Notes: generated by a model not told the origin, from the sequence alone. A stretch of DNA of 63,192 nucleotides, filler included, from Chiloscyllium plagiosum (GCF_004010195.1; 4 parts of one record of this genome joined end to end with filler, not necessarily neighbours in it), one strand, 5' to 3'; shown: positions 51,301 to 63,192, numbered from the whole stretch's first letter. Made by a program: numbers and translations.

Positions 51301-52100
51301 CCTTGGGTTCCACTCTTCCACCTTACTAGTTTAAACCCCCCTGAGAAGCTCTAGCAAATCTCCCTGCCTGTATATAGTCCCCTTCCCATTCAGGTGCAAT
51401 CCATCCTTCCTGTACAGATCATTTCTACCTCAGAAGAGATTCCAAAGATCTAAAAACGTGAACCCTTCTCCCACACACCAGCACCTCAGCCACACATTTA
51501 TCTGCTCTATCCTCCTATTCCTACCCTCACTATCTCGTAGCACTGAGAATAATCTGGATATTACTACCCCTGAGGACCTCCTTTTTAAATTTCTGCCTAG
51601 CTTTCCATATTCTCCCTTCAGAAGCTCATCCCTTTCCCTTCCTATGTCATTGGTTCCAATCGGTACAATGACCTCCTGCTGATCTCTCTCCCCTTTGAGA
51701 ACATTCTGCACCCTCTCTGAGACATCCTTGATCCTGGCACCAGGGAAGCAATACACCATTCTGATTTTTTGCTGCTGGCCGCAGAAACATCTGTCTGCGC
51801 CTCTGACTAGAAAGTCTCCTAACATAATTGATAGCTTGCAACCTAATGAACCCCTCATTACATTAGAGCCTGTCTTGATACCAGAAACTTAGCTGTTCAT
51901 GCTACATTCCCGAGAGTCCATCACCCCCTACATTTTCCAAAAAAGCATACTTGTTTGAAATGGGGATAGCCATAGGAGGGTTCTGCACGAACCACCTACT
52001 TCTCCCATCTTTCTGTCCATGTCTGTGGCTTTCATCCCTTCCCAAAACTACCATCCAATACAACTCCTTGCTCTTGTAAATTCCTCATTGCCTCTAACTG
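48352..52100 (-). mobile_element. Near full-length degenerate CR1/HER1 LINE (ORF1 esterase-like, ORF2 APE endonuclease + RT)
   Basis: ORF1 GD.LVRGAD..CFPGARIKDVSE..IGTNDIG (51430-51858); EN YYRPHN..NFNFPNMDW..LDLLLGN..SDHN (50446-50898); RT KSPGPDQVYPRIL, GNYRPVSL, QHGF, DFSQAFD, FVDD; 3' tail AGTCATAGAG. Confidence 0.93.
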
Positions 52101-52191
52101 TAGAACACAGAACATAGAACATAGAACAATACAGCACAGAACAGGCCCTTCGGCCCACGATGTTGTGCGGAACATTTGTCCTAGCTTAAGC
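52101..52191 (-). mobile_element. CR1 3' tail truncated by gap
   Basis: Tandem AGAACAT then AATACAGCACAGAACAGGCCCTTCGGCCCACGATG; same subfamily as 60853-61367. Confidence 0.8.
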
Positions 52192-52291
52192 NNNNNNNNN
52201 NNNNNNNNNNNNNNNNNNNNNNNNNNNNNNNNNNNTTAATTAATTAANNNNNNNNNNNNNNNNNNNNNNNNNNNNNNNNNNNNNNNNNNNN
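52192..52291. other. Assembly gap with TTAATTAATTAA filler
   Basis: 100-nt N run. Confidence 0.95.
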
Positions 52292-52311
52292 ACGCTTCAA
52301 GCTCTCTGCCT

Positions 52312-52351
52312 TTATTCCTGATGAAGGGCTTTTGCCCGAAACGTCGATTTC
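52312..52351 (+). ncRNA. Minimal hammerhead ribozyme motif in a PLE tail
   Basis: CTGATGA (52318-24), A, GGGC-TTTT-GCCC stem II, GAAAC, GTC cleavage triplet (52343-45). Confidence 0.65.
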
Positions 52352-53344
52352 GAAGCTTTTCGGATGCTGCCTGAATTGCTGTGCTCTTCCAGCACCACTG
52401 ATCCAACTCAGAAACAAGGTCAGGCAAATGGTTTTTGCAAGCCATTCACTAGCTTTCCCCCTCAAAAATAAATCAATTAGAATAGCTCCAGACTGGGACA
52501 ATTGAAGGTCTCCTCAACAATTCAAGAGGCAATCTCCATGGTTTCCTAGTCAGAGAAACAAGCCACTTTTACTACCTACCAGTGACACATGTGCTCAGGG
52601 AGGTGATGAGTTGGGGCTTTTAAGTAGCTATTTATTGACCACTCAAGACCTTAATTGCTGGTGAGTCAAGAAAGTCCCAGTGGAAGTTCAACATAGCACT
52701 TACTTTATGGAGGTAGTGAGAATTGGGTGAGTTTTCTTTTCACCCTATGTCAATCTCATTATTTTCCAGGGAAGGGATCATGACCTCTTTAAGGACTATT
52801 TTCTGAGCAAGATTAGAACATTTGACTGTCATCATTGGAGCAATAATCTGCAAGGATTTATATGGAAGGTGTAGCCGACAAAAAAAAAGCAAGAGATGAT
52901 CAAAAGGCTGACAAATATCACAGAAAAAGAGAAAGATATAGGAAAGGAAACAAACAGAGAGAGAAGTGAAAACAGTGTTACACAGAAGCATTTAAAGAGG
53001 CAAATAATTTGCAAAGCAACTTAATTAGTTAATAGTAGGTCTTACAAAAAAAATCAGAATATGTTGACATAAATAATCACTTTAGGAATACATTATGTAA
53101 AATATGTAAAAACAAGTCAGACTTTAATTTCAAATGATAACCAATTTTAACCAGTGTTCCATGGTTAATGGATGCTAAAATCTCTTCACTAGTAATACTC
53201 TATGAGAATCATCTGTAGTTTAACATGGTAGATGTTTCCACCAGTGATGGTATCTCAAAATGCAAGACCACAAGAAATAGGAACATGCGTAGGTTGTTTG
53301 GCACTTCAGGCCTGCTCCACAATTCATGGCTAATCAGGCTGTAG

Positions 53345-53480
53345 GCCCTACTGCACCTGGTATTCCCAGGAAATCTCCAATCCAAGTATTAACCAGGCCA
53401 GTATCTGCTTAGCTTCCAAGATCAGACATTTTCAGACTAGTACGACTGTAGGTATGTTTACAGACTAGTACGGCCATAAG
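53345..53480 (-). pseudogene. 5S rRNA pseudogene / 5S-derived insert
   Basis: Reverse complement matches vertebrate 5S (GTCTGATCTTGGAAGCTAAGCAG..GGCCTGGTTAATACTTGGATTGGAGA..CCTGGGAATACCAGGTGCAGTAGG), with an internal deletion and a duplicated 5' end. Confidence 0.85.
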
Positions 53481-53679
53481 GGCTCTTTCCTGAAATGTCA
53501 ATTTTCCTGCTCCTCAGATGCTGCCTGACCTGCTGTGTTTTTCCAGCACCACGCTAATCTAAACTCATGGCTAATCAGGCTCTCCTCATGTCCAATTTCC
53601 TGCCTTTTCCCCATAACCCTTGATTCCCCTATTGATCAAGAATGTGTCTAACTCAGCTTCAAATGTGCACAAGAATTCC

Positions 53680-54045
53680 CTGGAATGATCCCTGGAATGG
53701 GAGGTCTAACATATGAGGAACAGCTGAGGATCCTGGGATTGTATTCATTGGAGTTTAGAAGATTAAGGGGAGATCTAATAGAAACTTACAAGATAATACA
53801 TGGCTTGGAGAGGGTGGACGCTAGGAAATTGTTTCCGTTAGGCGAGGAGACTAGGACCCGTGGACACAGCATTAGAATTAAAGGGGGTAAATTCAGAACA
53901 GAAATGCGGAGACATTTCTTCAGCCAGAGAATGGTGGGCCTGTGGAATTCATTGCCACAGAGTGCAGTGAGGGCTGGGACGTTAAATGTCTTCAAGGCAG
54001 AAATTGATAAATTCTTGATGTCACAAGGAATTAAGGGTTGCGAGA
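53680..54045 (+). mobile_element. CR1 ORF2 C-terminal fragment
   Basis: ORF 53685-54059 LGLYSLEFRRLRGDLIETYKII..FKAEIDKFL. Confidence 0.9.
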
Positions 54046-54579
54046 GTTCTAGACTCTAGATTACCGAAAGGATTTACTGAGATGGTAGGTAGATTTTTGA
54101 AATTTCAGGGAGTTGATGGTTTTGCTGAGCTAGCACAATAAGAGTCAAGGCCCGGAGCAGATATTATCGAATGGCAGAGCCAGCTTGAGGGACCAAACAG
54201 TCTACTCTGGCTCCTATTTCTTCTGTTCTTATTTACCAGCAATCTCGTGGTTACCAATGTGTAGCATAAATGAATAAAACTATAATTGAATATCTGAACG
54301 TTCCCTGGTTTTCCAGTGAGCTTAAAGAATTCTAACTGCAAATTGTCCAGTAAAATTGAGAGTAAATTTAACCAATGTTGGAGACAGAACTCTACTCAAC
54401 AAGGGTAGACTTCACAGTGGAGAAAATAAGTTAGTGGATATTGGGTTTAATGATATGGAATCTATTATTACAACAGTATGGAGGGATAATCTCTTGGAAG
54501 GCTCCTTAAATGAATCCATATGGATAGAACTTAAAAACCAGAAAGGAACAATCACATTTGTTGACAGTGTACCACAGAT

Positions 54580-54852
54580 TTAAGGGGAGGAGGTTTAGAA
54601 GGGAAATAGGGAAATAAGGAAAATCTTCTTGACCCAGAATATGGAATTCACTACCTGTAATGGTAGTGGAAGCAGAAATCTTTTTAACATTTAAGAACTA
54701 TTTAGATGTGCACTTGCAATGCCAAGACTTACAAGGCTATAGCCAAGTGCTGTAAAATGGAATTCAAATACATAGATGGTTCTTTTTGACCAGTGTGGAT
54801 ACAATGGGCCAAAGGGCCATTTGCTATGTGAGAGATCTCTATGACTCTATGA
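54580..54852 (+). mobile_element. Old CR1 3' end
   Basis: TGGAATTCACTACCTG..ACATTTAAGAACTATTTAGATG..CTCTATGACTCTATGA tail. Confidence 0.65.
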
Positions 54853-57326
54853 ATATAAATGCTGAAATTTTGTGAAACCATTGTCAAAGTGCTCTATACA
54901 GTTTGTAATCCACTTTATCAGAAAGATGAAGAGCTAATAGACATAGCACAGTTCAGAATTACAAGGACCTTGCTTGTTGTGAGTAAATACAAATGAGAGG
55001 AAAGCATTGGGAGGAGAGAAATTGGTACGGTGTGTGTCATTAGGGCATACGAGTACAAGGGAATATGTGACAACAATCATTATAGTTCTGACTGTATAGG
55101 AAAATACTTCTAATTGTTTAGAGCATTAAAACAAGAGGACAAAAATATTTGATGAAATGGAGAGTTTTAGGAGAGCAAACTGGAGAACGTGTTGTAAAAG
55201 GAAATAGATAACAGTGGGATATTTTGTTATAGAGCTTGTGACTGAATAGAGATCATGATTATTGTTTAACAGCAGGTTAGATAGATATTTGAAAGACAGG
55301 GTTTAACGGGGTATTTGAACAGGGTGAGAGCAAATGATGAGAGCAACCGCACATGTGCAAGATGCAACATCTTCACTGACTAGTTTGACAGTTCTGTGGA
55401 TTCCACATTAGGATGCGCCTGATTTTTATTTGTGTCACTGGCTATGGTTCAAAGACTCAATAAAATTGAAAATGTTACCACAACATAGCCTATCCCATGG
55501 AGCTAACCGATATTAAAAGGAACTGAACATTAGCAGATGAAATTTTATATAAATAAAGAAGCAATGTGGTATAACAAATAAGTAGTGTCTTATACTTAGC
55601 AAACCTACAGACTTGAGTTTGCACAATGTCTGTAAGAGAGAAACACCCCAGACACTATACAGAAACATAAAGAACTACAAGAAGGAAGGAGTCCAATACT
55701 GTCACCAAAAGCTTATATGACTTTGCAACGCGGATGTATTGATTTCAAACATCAAATTAGCATTACAAACAGTGTTGATTGCTTGCCACATGGGAAAACC
55801 TTATGACAACCTGATACACTTGGCCAAAGATTCAGGTTATAAAAAAGCTTACTAAGAAGGGGAAGGAAGTCAGAAGCAGAGAGTCTTTGGATACAAAATT
55901 CCAGAGTGTGAAGTCACACAGTCTGAGGGGGCACAACTACCAGTCCTGGAGCAGAAGAAGAAGGGGATATACAAGCCCACATGGAGAAGGAACTGGAATG
56001 GCTTTGTTATACATTTCTACTTCAAATTAAGTCATGGGAGGTACCTTGCCATGGACTGCATAATGGATACAATTTTCACTGCATCCAATCTTTAGTAATG
56101 AATTTCCACTTATTTAGTGACCAAAAAGCCATCTAATTTTTTTAAAAAACTACATACATTTTCCTTCTTTCAAAGGTGCAGGTGTTCCAACTACCTGTGG
56201 TTTTCCAATTACTTGACATGTATGACATGTCTGGCAAAATTCAACTACATCCTTGTGCAGTCCTGGCCAGCAAAAATATTTTGTATTTTAGTTTGAGTCT
56301 TTCTCACCTCTAAATTACCTCCTACTGGTACTTCATGTGCTACCTACAACACCTCCTTTCTATAACCCACTGGTGATATAACTTGATGAACTTCTGCCCA
56401 ATTCTCATCTGCCTGAATATGTGATGGCCTCCATTTCTTCATTAAGACATCATTTTTAAGACAGTAGCCCACTAGGATACATCTAGATTCTTCTTCCATG
56501 TATGTCTTTTGATACAATTGCTTTAAATCTTCATCTTTCTGCTGTAATTCAGTTAATTTCTCTGAACTAAAGATGTCTGCTTTGTGATCTATCTGCTCCT
56601 GGTTTGTCTCAAACATTTGAATAAATAGAGTCTCTGTTAATTCTAATTCAAACTTTCTTATCTGTACTCTTTGATCTCTCCTGTTTCAACTGGTGACTTT
56701 ATGACCTCATTACCACATAGTCAGGAAAAATCCCAGGATCTGCTTCCTGCAATAGTTCAGTTGCCTGAGTTTCCACTGGCTTTTCAACCACAGTAGGCGG
56801 CACTCCTACCTGTGAACCAACTATATTATTAGCAAGGACAAATTGTAATTCCTGCAGCTGAGAGTTTGTCCAGTACTCCTACCACGACTTCTCCAATCTT
56901 AACTGGACACTATAAACTCATTCTACATAATTGAGCACTTCTTGTCTCATCGTGAAATCTCATTACTATCACTTTTTCTGGCATTAGTCTTTCAGAGGTA
57001 CATACCTCCTCAATTTTCAATATCAAAGATTGAGTAGATCCAGTATCTCTTAATATTGCAACCTATTTACCTGCTGCTCCTGGCCGATGCGAGTAAAATG
57101 TATCTTTGCAGGTATATGGTTTAAGAAGGTCTGGAACCTTTTCCTTAACCAACTCTCTGACCAGGTTGTACATTCTGGTGTAGCTTTTTAGCCTCCACTG
57201 TGCTTTTTATTACCACTCCAACAAAATTCACTGGCTTATCCTGTTTTCCTACATCTGTCTTCCCAGTGCTTTTCCTAACTCAACAACACTGTGATTCACA
57301 TGGCCTACTAAATTGCAGTAACTACT

Positions 57327-57715
57327 CATAGAGTCATAGAGATGTACAACAGAGAAACAGACCCTTCGGTCCAACTCTTCCATGCCAAACAGATATCCCA
57401 ACCTAATCTTGTCCTACTTGCCAGCGCTTGGCCCATATCCCCCTAAACCTTCTTATTCATATACCCATCCAGATGCCTTTTAAATGTTGCAACTATACCA
57501 GCCTCCACCACTTCCTCTGGCAGCTCATTCCATACATTCACCACACTCTGTGTGAAAAAGTTGCCCCTTTGGTCCCTTTTATATCTTTTCCCTCTCAAAC
57601 TAAACCTATGCCCTCTGGTTCTGGACTCCCGCACCCCAGGGAAAAGACTTTGTCTATTTATCCTATCCATGCCCCTCATGATTTTATAAGCCTCTATGAG
57701 GTCACCCCTCAGCCT
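57327..57715 (-). mobile_element. CR1/HER1 3' fragment inserted in the Gmr1-like gag
   Basis: ORF 57443-57679 is CR1 C-terminus; CATAGAGTCATAGAG tail. Confidence 0.9.
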
Positions 57716-58332
57716 TAACTTCTCTTTCCCCTTCAGTGGTTCCTTTTTGCCCTGTGGTACGTTATCCTTATGATCTTCACCTTTCCCTTACCACTTAAGG
57801 TTTTCTCTTTTCCTCAATTTCTATGCCTCACAGATTGAAGTTGATGTTGGAAGCCAAATTTTGATTAATGAACCAACTCACAATCATCAGCCATTTTAGC
57901 TGCTCATCTTGTTGTTTTAACTCCCTGCTTTTCCACATGAGTTCTCACTTTTTCAGGAAGTGAATATTTGAACTCCTCCAAAGTAATCGTCTCTCTAAGA
58001 GCGTAATAGTTTTGCTCTATTTCTAATTCCTTTATCCACCTATCAAAATTACTTTGGTCCTTTCAAATTCAGTGTGGATTTGACTAGGGTTCCTCATTAG
58101 ATTCCTGAAACACTGTCTGTAAGCATCTGGCACAAGCTCATATGCACTTAAAATGGCTTTTCTCACCTCCTTATAAGCCCAGATACCTCCTCTGATAATG
58201 ATGTGAATACCTCACTAGCTCGACCTACATGTTTTGTTTGGATCAACAAAATCTATATGGTCACCTTTTGTTTAGCCACCTTTTCAAATGAGATGAAAAA
58301 GGCTTCTACATCCTTCTCATTAAACTTTCTGT

Positions 58333-58550
58333 TGTGTCACCATAGTCTTACCAGACCAGAGGGACTGTTCTCTTATTAGAGAGAAGCAACTGGTGATGAT
58401 TTAACCTGAGGGCCACCACACCTCAGGTGAGGGAAGAAGCTGAGAAGGAGCGCCCTTCAAGGTTACCTCAAAGAGGTGATGGGAACTGAACCCAAGCTGC
58501 TGGCATCACACTGTTCTGTAAACCAACAATCCAGCCAACTGAGCTAAATT
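58333..58550 (-). mobile_element. tRNA-derived SINE inserted in the Gmr1-like gag
   Basis: Reverse complement starts TTAGCTCAGTTGGCTGG (A box) and has GGGTTCAGTTCCC (B box). Confidence 0.65.
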
Positions 58551-59209
58551 TAGCATCACCAGCCCTTTGGCTACCATGGGTTTGGTTAACCTCACTCTCT
58601 TCCTTACCAAGCTTAACTTCAGCATTCATTTCCATCCTTTAAAGCTAACCTTGCTGTCTAAGTGCCAATTTCTGAAGTTCAAACTCCCTCTCTTTCTTCC
58701 TTTCTTCTCTCTCTTCTCTCTTTTTCTTTTTGTTCTGCTAAAACGATTTGTTATTTTTTTCTTTCCTCTGCTTTTAATCATAATTCAAACAGTTTCATTT
58801 CTTTTGTTCTTTCCTTTTCTTTTGCCTCCAAGTCTAGCTGCTTCATTTTCCATTGAATTTTAGCCATCTCTAAAGATTCTGATGATGTATCCAGCAAATT
58901 TAAATCCTGAGCTATTGCTGCAATTATTTTTCCTTTCCTCACAGAAGGAGACACTCCAACTCCTGCTTGACTGACAATTCCAGCAGCTTTTCTTTGTTCA
59001 CCTTTTGTAAAGCCCCCAAAGTCACTTCTTCCACCCCAGAAAACTCTTAGTGACTGGAAAAGCCATTACTACACCAAGCACTGTTTAATCCAACTGAATT
59101 CAACACCCAAAACAAAAGACACTTACATTTACCACTCGCTGCTTTTGAGTCCAGCAACACCAATCCCAATTTGGAACTACAGAACAAATCCTGCAAAGAT
59201 CCCCCAATC

Positions 59210-59853
59210 TGTTAAGGACCAGGCCAGACTGCCCTCAAAACATTTCAAGAAGCTAGTCCAGACCCTAACTTTTCTAATTGTTTTAAGCAGGTGTGAGTGG
59301 ATATTCCAGAAGTGATACAGCTGGCCCAGCCACTCAGTTTTAAAACAAAACAGAGTTTATTTATACACCAATAAAGGAGAACAGAATATAGAAATACATA
59401 ATTTATCTGAAAACCCAATTGACTCTATTGCAACTTAATAATGGTGTTCCAAATACTTGCAACAATCCCCATGAACATCCCTTGGCAAAAAAAGATAACA
59501 TCAAACACAGTTTCTTACAGGACAGATGTGAGAGAGAGAGGATCAGCGTGGAGCTGTTCCTTTTGGTCCAGGACCTCTCTGCATTCTCAACTAAGACTTG
59601 ACCGGCAGCTATAAACAAAACAGCTTGCTAAAACTAAATCAAACCCTGAACTGGGAGAATTGGTCACTCCCCTTTCATTGTAAAGGTTTTTTTAAACTTG
59701 AAATTCTTTTGCTTGAGGCAGTATCTGTTAGCTATAAACAAATTGGCCCAAAACCCATACAAACTAGATACATTGGAACCTCTGCATTTATGTTCCCTCT
59801 TGAAAAAGAAACCAAGGACAACATAACCTTGTTAAAGGAGCAGCATTGTCACA
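59210..59853 (-). repeat. 5' LTR of the Gmr1-like element
   Basis: TGT..ACA termini, AATAAA on the minus strand (~59356-59361), adjacent PBS-like sequence. Confidence 0.75.
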
Positions 59854-60242
59854 CATGTTATGATCTCAATGGTTCATACTTAAGTTATTGACTTGGAATC
59901 AAAATGAAAATGGAGAGAATTGTCAGAATATGGCTTGTTTAATCAAAATAGCTGACATCTGGAAGTGGACTGAACTTTACAAAAGGAAGCTCAGTACAAA
60001 TAAAAGGCAAAATATAATTCAAGAAACACAAAGTAGGTGCTATACATAGAAATGCAGACTTGAATTTTTACAACTTATTTGCTCTGTGAAATGTAATTTT
60101 ATCAGATTAATCATGCAAACGTTAGCTGGGAGTTGGGAAGTTATTTATGCTTTCATCAAACCAATGACAAGAGATGCATAAGCATTTCCATGGGGTTCAT
60201 TTCTTCCCAATCCAGTGTTACACTTGGTCTAATATGACTGTG

Positions 60243-60852
60243 TCAAAAAGGGTGGCACTGGAAAAGCACAGCAGGTCAGGCAGTATCCAAGGAGTAGGAG
60301 AATTGGTGTTTCGGGTACAAGCCCTTCATCAGGAATGTTGTAGGAGTGAAAGGGACTGAGAGATAAATGGGAGGTTTGGGGTGGGGCTGGGGTGGGGGGG
60401 CGGAGGTAACTGGGAAGGCAATAGGTAGATGGATTTGGGGATTATGTGGTAGGTCAGAGAGGAGGGTGAAGTGTATAGGTGAGAAAGAAGATGGACAGTT
60501 TAGACTGTTCAAGACGGCATTCTATCTCCCCAATATAGAGGAAACAGGATGCCAAAGCACAAAATGTCTCAGAGAACATCTCTGGGACAAACGTACCAAA
60601 CAATCCCACCACCTTGTAGCTAACCACTTTAACTCCCCTTCCCACTCCGCCAATGACATGCTCGTCCTGGGACTCCTCCACCCCCAAATCAAAGCCACCA
60701 GACACCTGGAGGAAGAATGCCTCATCTTCCACCTTGGGACTCTCTAACTACATGGCATCAACGTCCATTTCACCAGTTTCCTCATCCCCCTTTGCCCCAC
60801 CTCATCCCAGATTCAACTCGGCACTGTCCTCTTGAACTATCCTACCCTGTCC
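60243..60852. mobile_element. PLE remnant: inverted tail (60243-~60500) plus + strand GIY-YIG end
   Basis: IEETG....LREHL..VANHFNSPSHS.NDMLVLGLLH..RHLEEECLIFHLGTL; minus-strand degenerate hammerhead at ~60303-60335. Confidence 0.8.
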
Positions 60853-61367
60853 ATAGAACATAGAACATAGAACATAGAACAATACAGCAAAGAACAGGCC
60901 CTTTGGCCCACGATGTTGTGCCGAATATTTGTCCTAGCTTAAGCACCCATCCATGTACCTATCCAATTGCCGCTTAAAGGTCACCAAAGATTCTGACTCT
61001 ACCACTCCCACAGGCAGCGCATTCCATGCCCCCACCACTCTCTGGGTAATGAAACCACCCCTGACATCTCCCCTATTACTTCCACCCTTCACCTTAAATT
61101 TATGTTCCCTTGTGACACTCTGTTGCACCCGGGGAAAAAGTTTCTGGCTGTCTACTCTACTTTTCCTCTGATCATCTTATAAACCTCTATCAAGTCACCC
61201 CTCATCCTTCGCCGTTCCAACGAGAAAAGGCCTAGCACTCTCAACCTATCCCCGTACGACCAATTCTCCATTCCAGGCAACATCCTGGTAAATCTTCTCT
61301 GCACCCTCTCCAAAACTTCCACATCTTTCCTAAAGTGAGGCGACCAGAACAGCACACAGTACTCCAA
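60853..61367 (-). mobile_element. Young CR1 3' end truncated by gap
   Basis: EYCVLFWSPHFRKDVEVLERVQRRFTRMLPG; tandem ATAGAAC tail. Confidence 0.9.
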
Positions 61368-61467
61368 NNNNNNNNNNNNNNNNNNNNNNNNNNNNNNNNN
61401 NNNNNNNNNNNTTAATTAATTAANNNNNNNNNNNNNNNNNNNNNNNNNNNNNNNNNNNNNNNNNNNN
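61368..61467. other. Assembly gap with TTAATTAATTAA filler
   Basis: 100-nt N run. Confidence 0.95.
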
Positions 61468-62989
61468 ATATTAAACTGATTTGAATTTAAATAAGATTGT
61501 CTTTAATGTCAGCATTAAACGTGATTAGTTAGAAATTGACAGTCGTGTAGTCATGTGCTGTACAAAAACGGGAGGATTAATATTTCACTTGTATTCACTG
61601 ACGGTTCCTTAACCATCAAATAAATAAACTAAATTCTCAAAATGCAAATCAAATTCAAAGCAGGCCCTGATCTCGAGCTCCAGGGAACAAAACGCATTAA
61701 ATCACCAACAAGCAAATGTGCATTCAAACCAGATCACAAAGAATTAAACTTTCTGCAAGCTTCAGTGAATCAACACTGAATCAGTTCATCCCTGCCTCTC
61801 ACTTCCCCAGCACGCCCCCACCCCCACCCCCACCCCACAAACGAACGTATTAATGTTTTTCAACTTTCTTCCTATCTCAGTTTTTCAGCATTCAAGTTTA
61901 ATCGTTGCTGGTAAGGGTAATGAGGCAATCACGTCCCAGAACTGTCAACGTTAGAGAGTTTAGCCTCATAAATCATGGCTGTGGCATATAGCTGATTAAC
62001 CAAATAGGGAAAGAAAAGCCAAAGTCTCGGCAAAATCTAAGTACCGCTCAGCTGTTCCATTTGTAATTCAAACAACGTTTTGAAGACAAGATGTTCGTGC
62101 CTCTGCATCAGTCCACGATCCAGCGGAAATACTACAGAGCCCATTGCGGCCCGTATGCCAAATTCATTAATGTTATGGCATCCTGAAGTCAGCAACTATA
62201 ATTATTGCAGATTTGTACGATCCAATTAAAACTGATATTAGGCAATTAAAAGTATCGGGGGCGTCGTTAAGCAAGCCTTGGACCTCACAGGTGTCAAGGG
62301 CTTCCCAAATGGTCTTTCAACGGTCATAACTGAGGCAAGCAAGTTCGTTAGCATGCATGTTGTTTAAGTTAAATGCTTTCACAACCTGTCCGGAATCTCG
62401 GACCCCGTTGAATACTTACACTTGTGTCTTGTGGCTGAGTAGCAAGAATTATATCAGTATTTCTGGCCTTGTATTTGTCACTAGCCAGCTTTCCTCTCCT
62501 CTTTTTTGGAGGCGACAAAAGCAGCAAAAACACCCTCGATATATCATCTCGCGAAAAATACCAGCCGGTGAGCGGCCAGTATGAAGGATCCCCTACCTTA
62601 CTCTTGATTCAAACTGATTTCCTACGGCGCTTCTGTGTTTTCCTCGAGACGACAAACAGACGCTGGTCCCTATGCTCAGCGGGATAAGATTTAAATGTAC
62701 CAGAGTTCACTCTTTCTGCCGGGTGTTTGCAACTGACTGATCCCATCAGAATCTGAATGGTCAATGGCTTGAGTCCATATCATGTCAAAGGAAATGAACA
62801 AAAACCACACAAATTCAAAAACGCGTGGGTGCATCTGTCAATAACTCAAGGTAATGTGAAATTAGAAATTATTCTTTCTTCCCAATACTTTCTTGCCACA
62901 GCATCTTTCGGTAGATCAGCCTGTTAGCTCAGGTGGGTCACTAATGCTCCCCATAGCTCCATGATTGCAATCTTTGTGGAAACCGACTT

Positions 62990-63190
62990 TGCGTGGGTTT
63001 CCTCCGGGTGCTCCGGTTTCCTCCCACAGTCCAAAGATGTGCAGGTCAGGTGAATTGGTCATGCTAAATTGCCCATAGTGTTAGGTAAGGGGTAGATGTA
63101 GGGGTATGGGTGGGTTGCGCTTCGGCGGGGCGGTGTGGACTTGTTGGGCCGAAAGGCCTGTTTCCACACTGTAAGTAATCTAATCTAATA
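62990..63190 (+). mobile_element. 5'-truncated HE1-type SINE
   Basis: TGCGTGGGTTTCCTCCGGGTGCTCCGGTTTCCTCCCACAGTCCAAAGATGTGCAGG..TGTAAGTAATCTAATCTAA. Confidence 0.9.
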
Positions 63191-63192
63191 GC

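Larger units (their letters stand above)
56030..59853 (-). mobile_element. Gmr1-like Ty3/Gypsy LTR retrotransposon (5' LTR, PBS, gag, protease, integrase N-terminus; 3'-truncated)
   Basis: Minus strand: LTR TGTGACA(59853)..TTAACA(59210); degenerate tRNA-Pro-like PBS TGGGGGATCTTTGCAGGAT; gag EKDVEAFFISFEKVAK..AILSAYELVPDAYRQ.FRNL; protease ILRDTGSTQSL (~57030-57060); then directly integrase AHEVP..WPGLHKDVVEFCQTCHTCQ. Confidence 0.85.

Noticed and set aside
58567..58863. Hydrophobic Phe/Leu-rich ORF resembling a membrane protein
   Set aside because: It is the antisense of the Glu/Lys/Arg-rich coiled-coil part of the Gmr1-like gag.
60853..60885. Short tandem repeats (ATAGAAC)n, also at 25458, 34790 and 52101
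   Set aside because: These are ordinary CR1 3'-terminal microsatellite tails with no spacers, so not CRISPR-like.

Overview
AT-rich, repeat-saturated vertebrate genomic DNA with no host protein-coding exon that I can recognise. The repeat set (HE1-type V-SINEs, HER1/CR1 LINEs, Penelope-like elements with hammerhead motifs, a Gmr1-like Gypsy element) points to a shark or other elasmobranch; this is inference. Three 100-nt assembly gaps carry a TTAATTAATTAA filler. The standout is a GC/CpG-rich ~6.3 kb endogenous retrovirus at 26286-32551. It has a leader, gag (MHR-like motif, CCHC knuckle), a TGA followed by in-frame protease, the N-terminal part of RT fused in frame to the integrase C-terminus (large internal pol deletion), tandem splice acceptors, env, a PPT and a 3' LTR. 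The env is not a standard SU/TM protein. It has paramyxo/pneumovirus-F-like proportions (a ~430-460 aa post-furin subunit with a central Cys-rich block) plus an extra N-terminal Cys-rich domain, which suggests a lokiretrovirus-like or otherwise deep-branching retrovirus in a cartilaginous fish. All calls were made by eye from motifs; no database searches were run.
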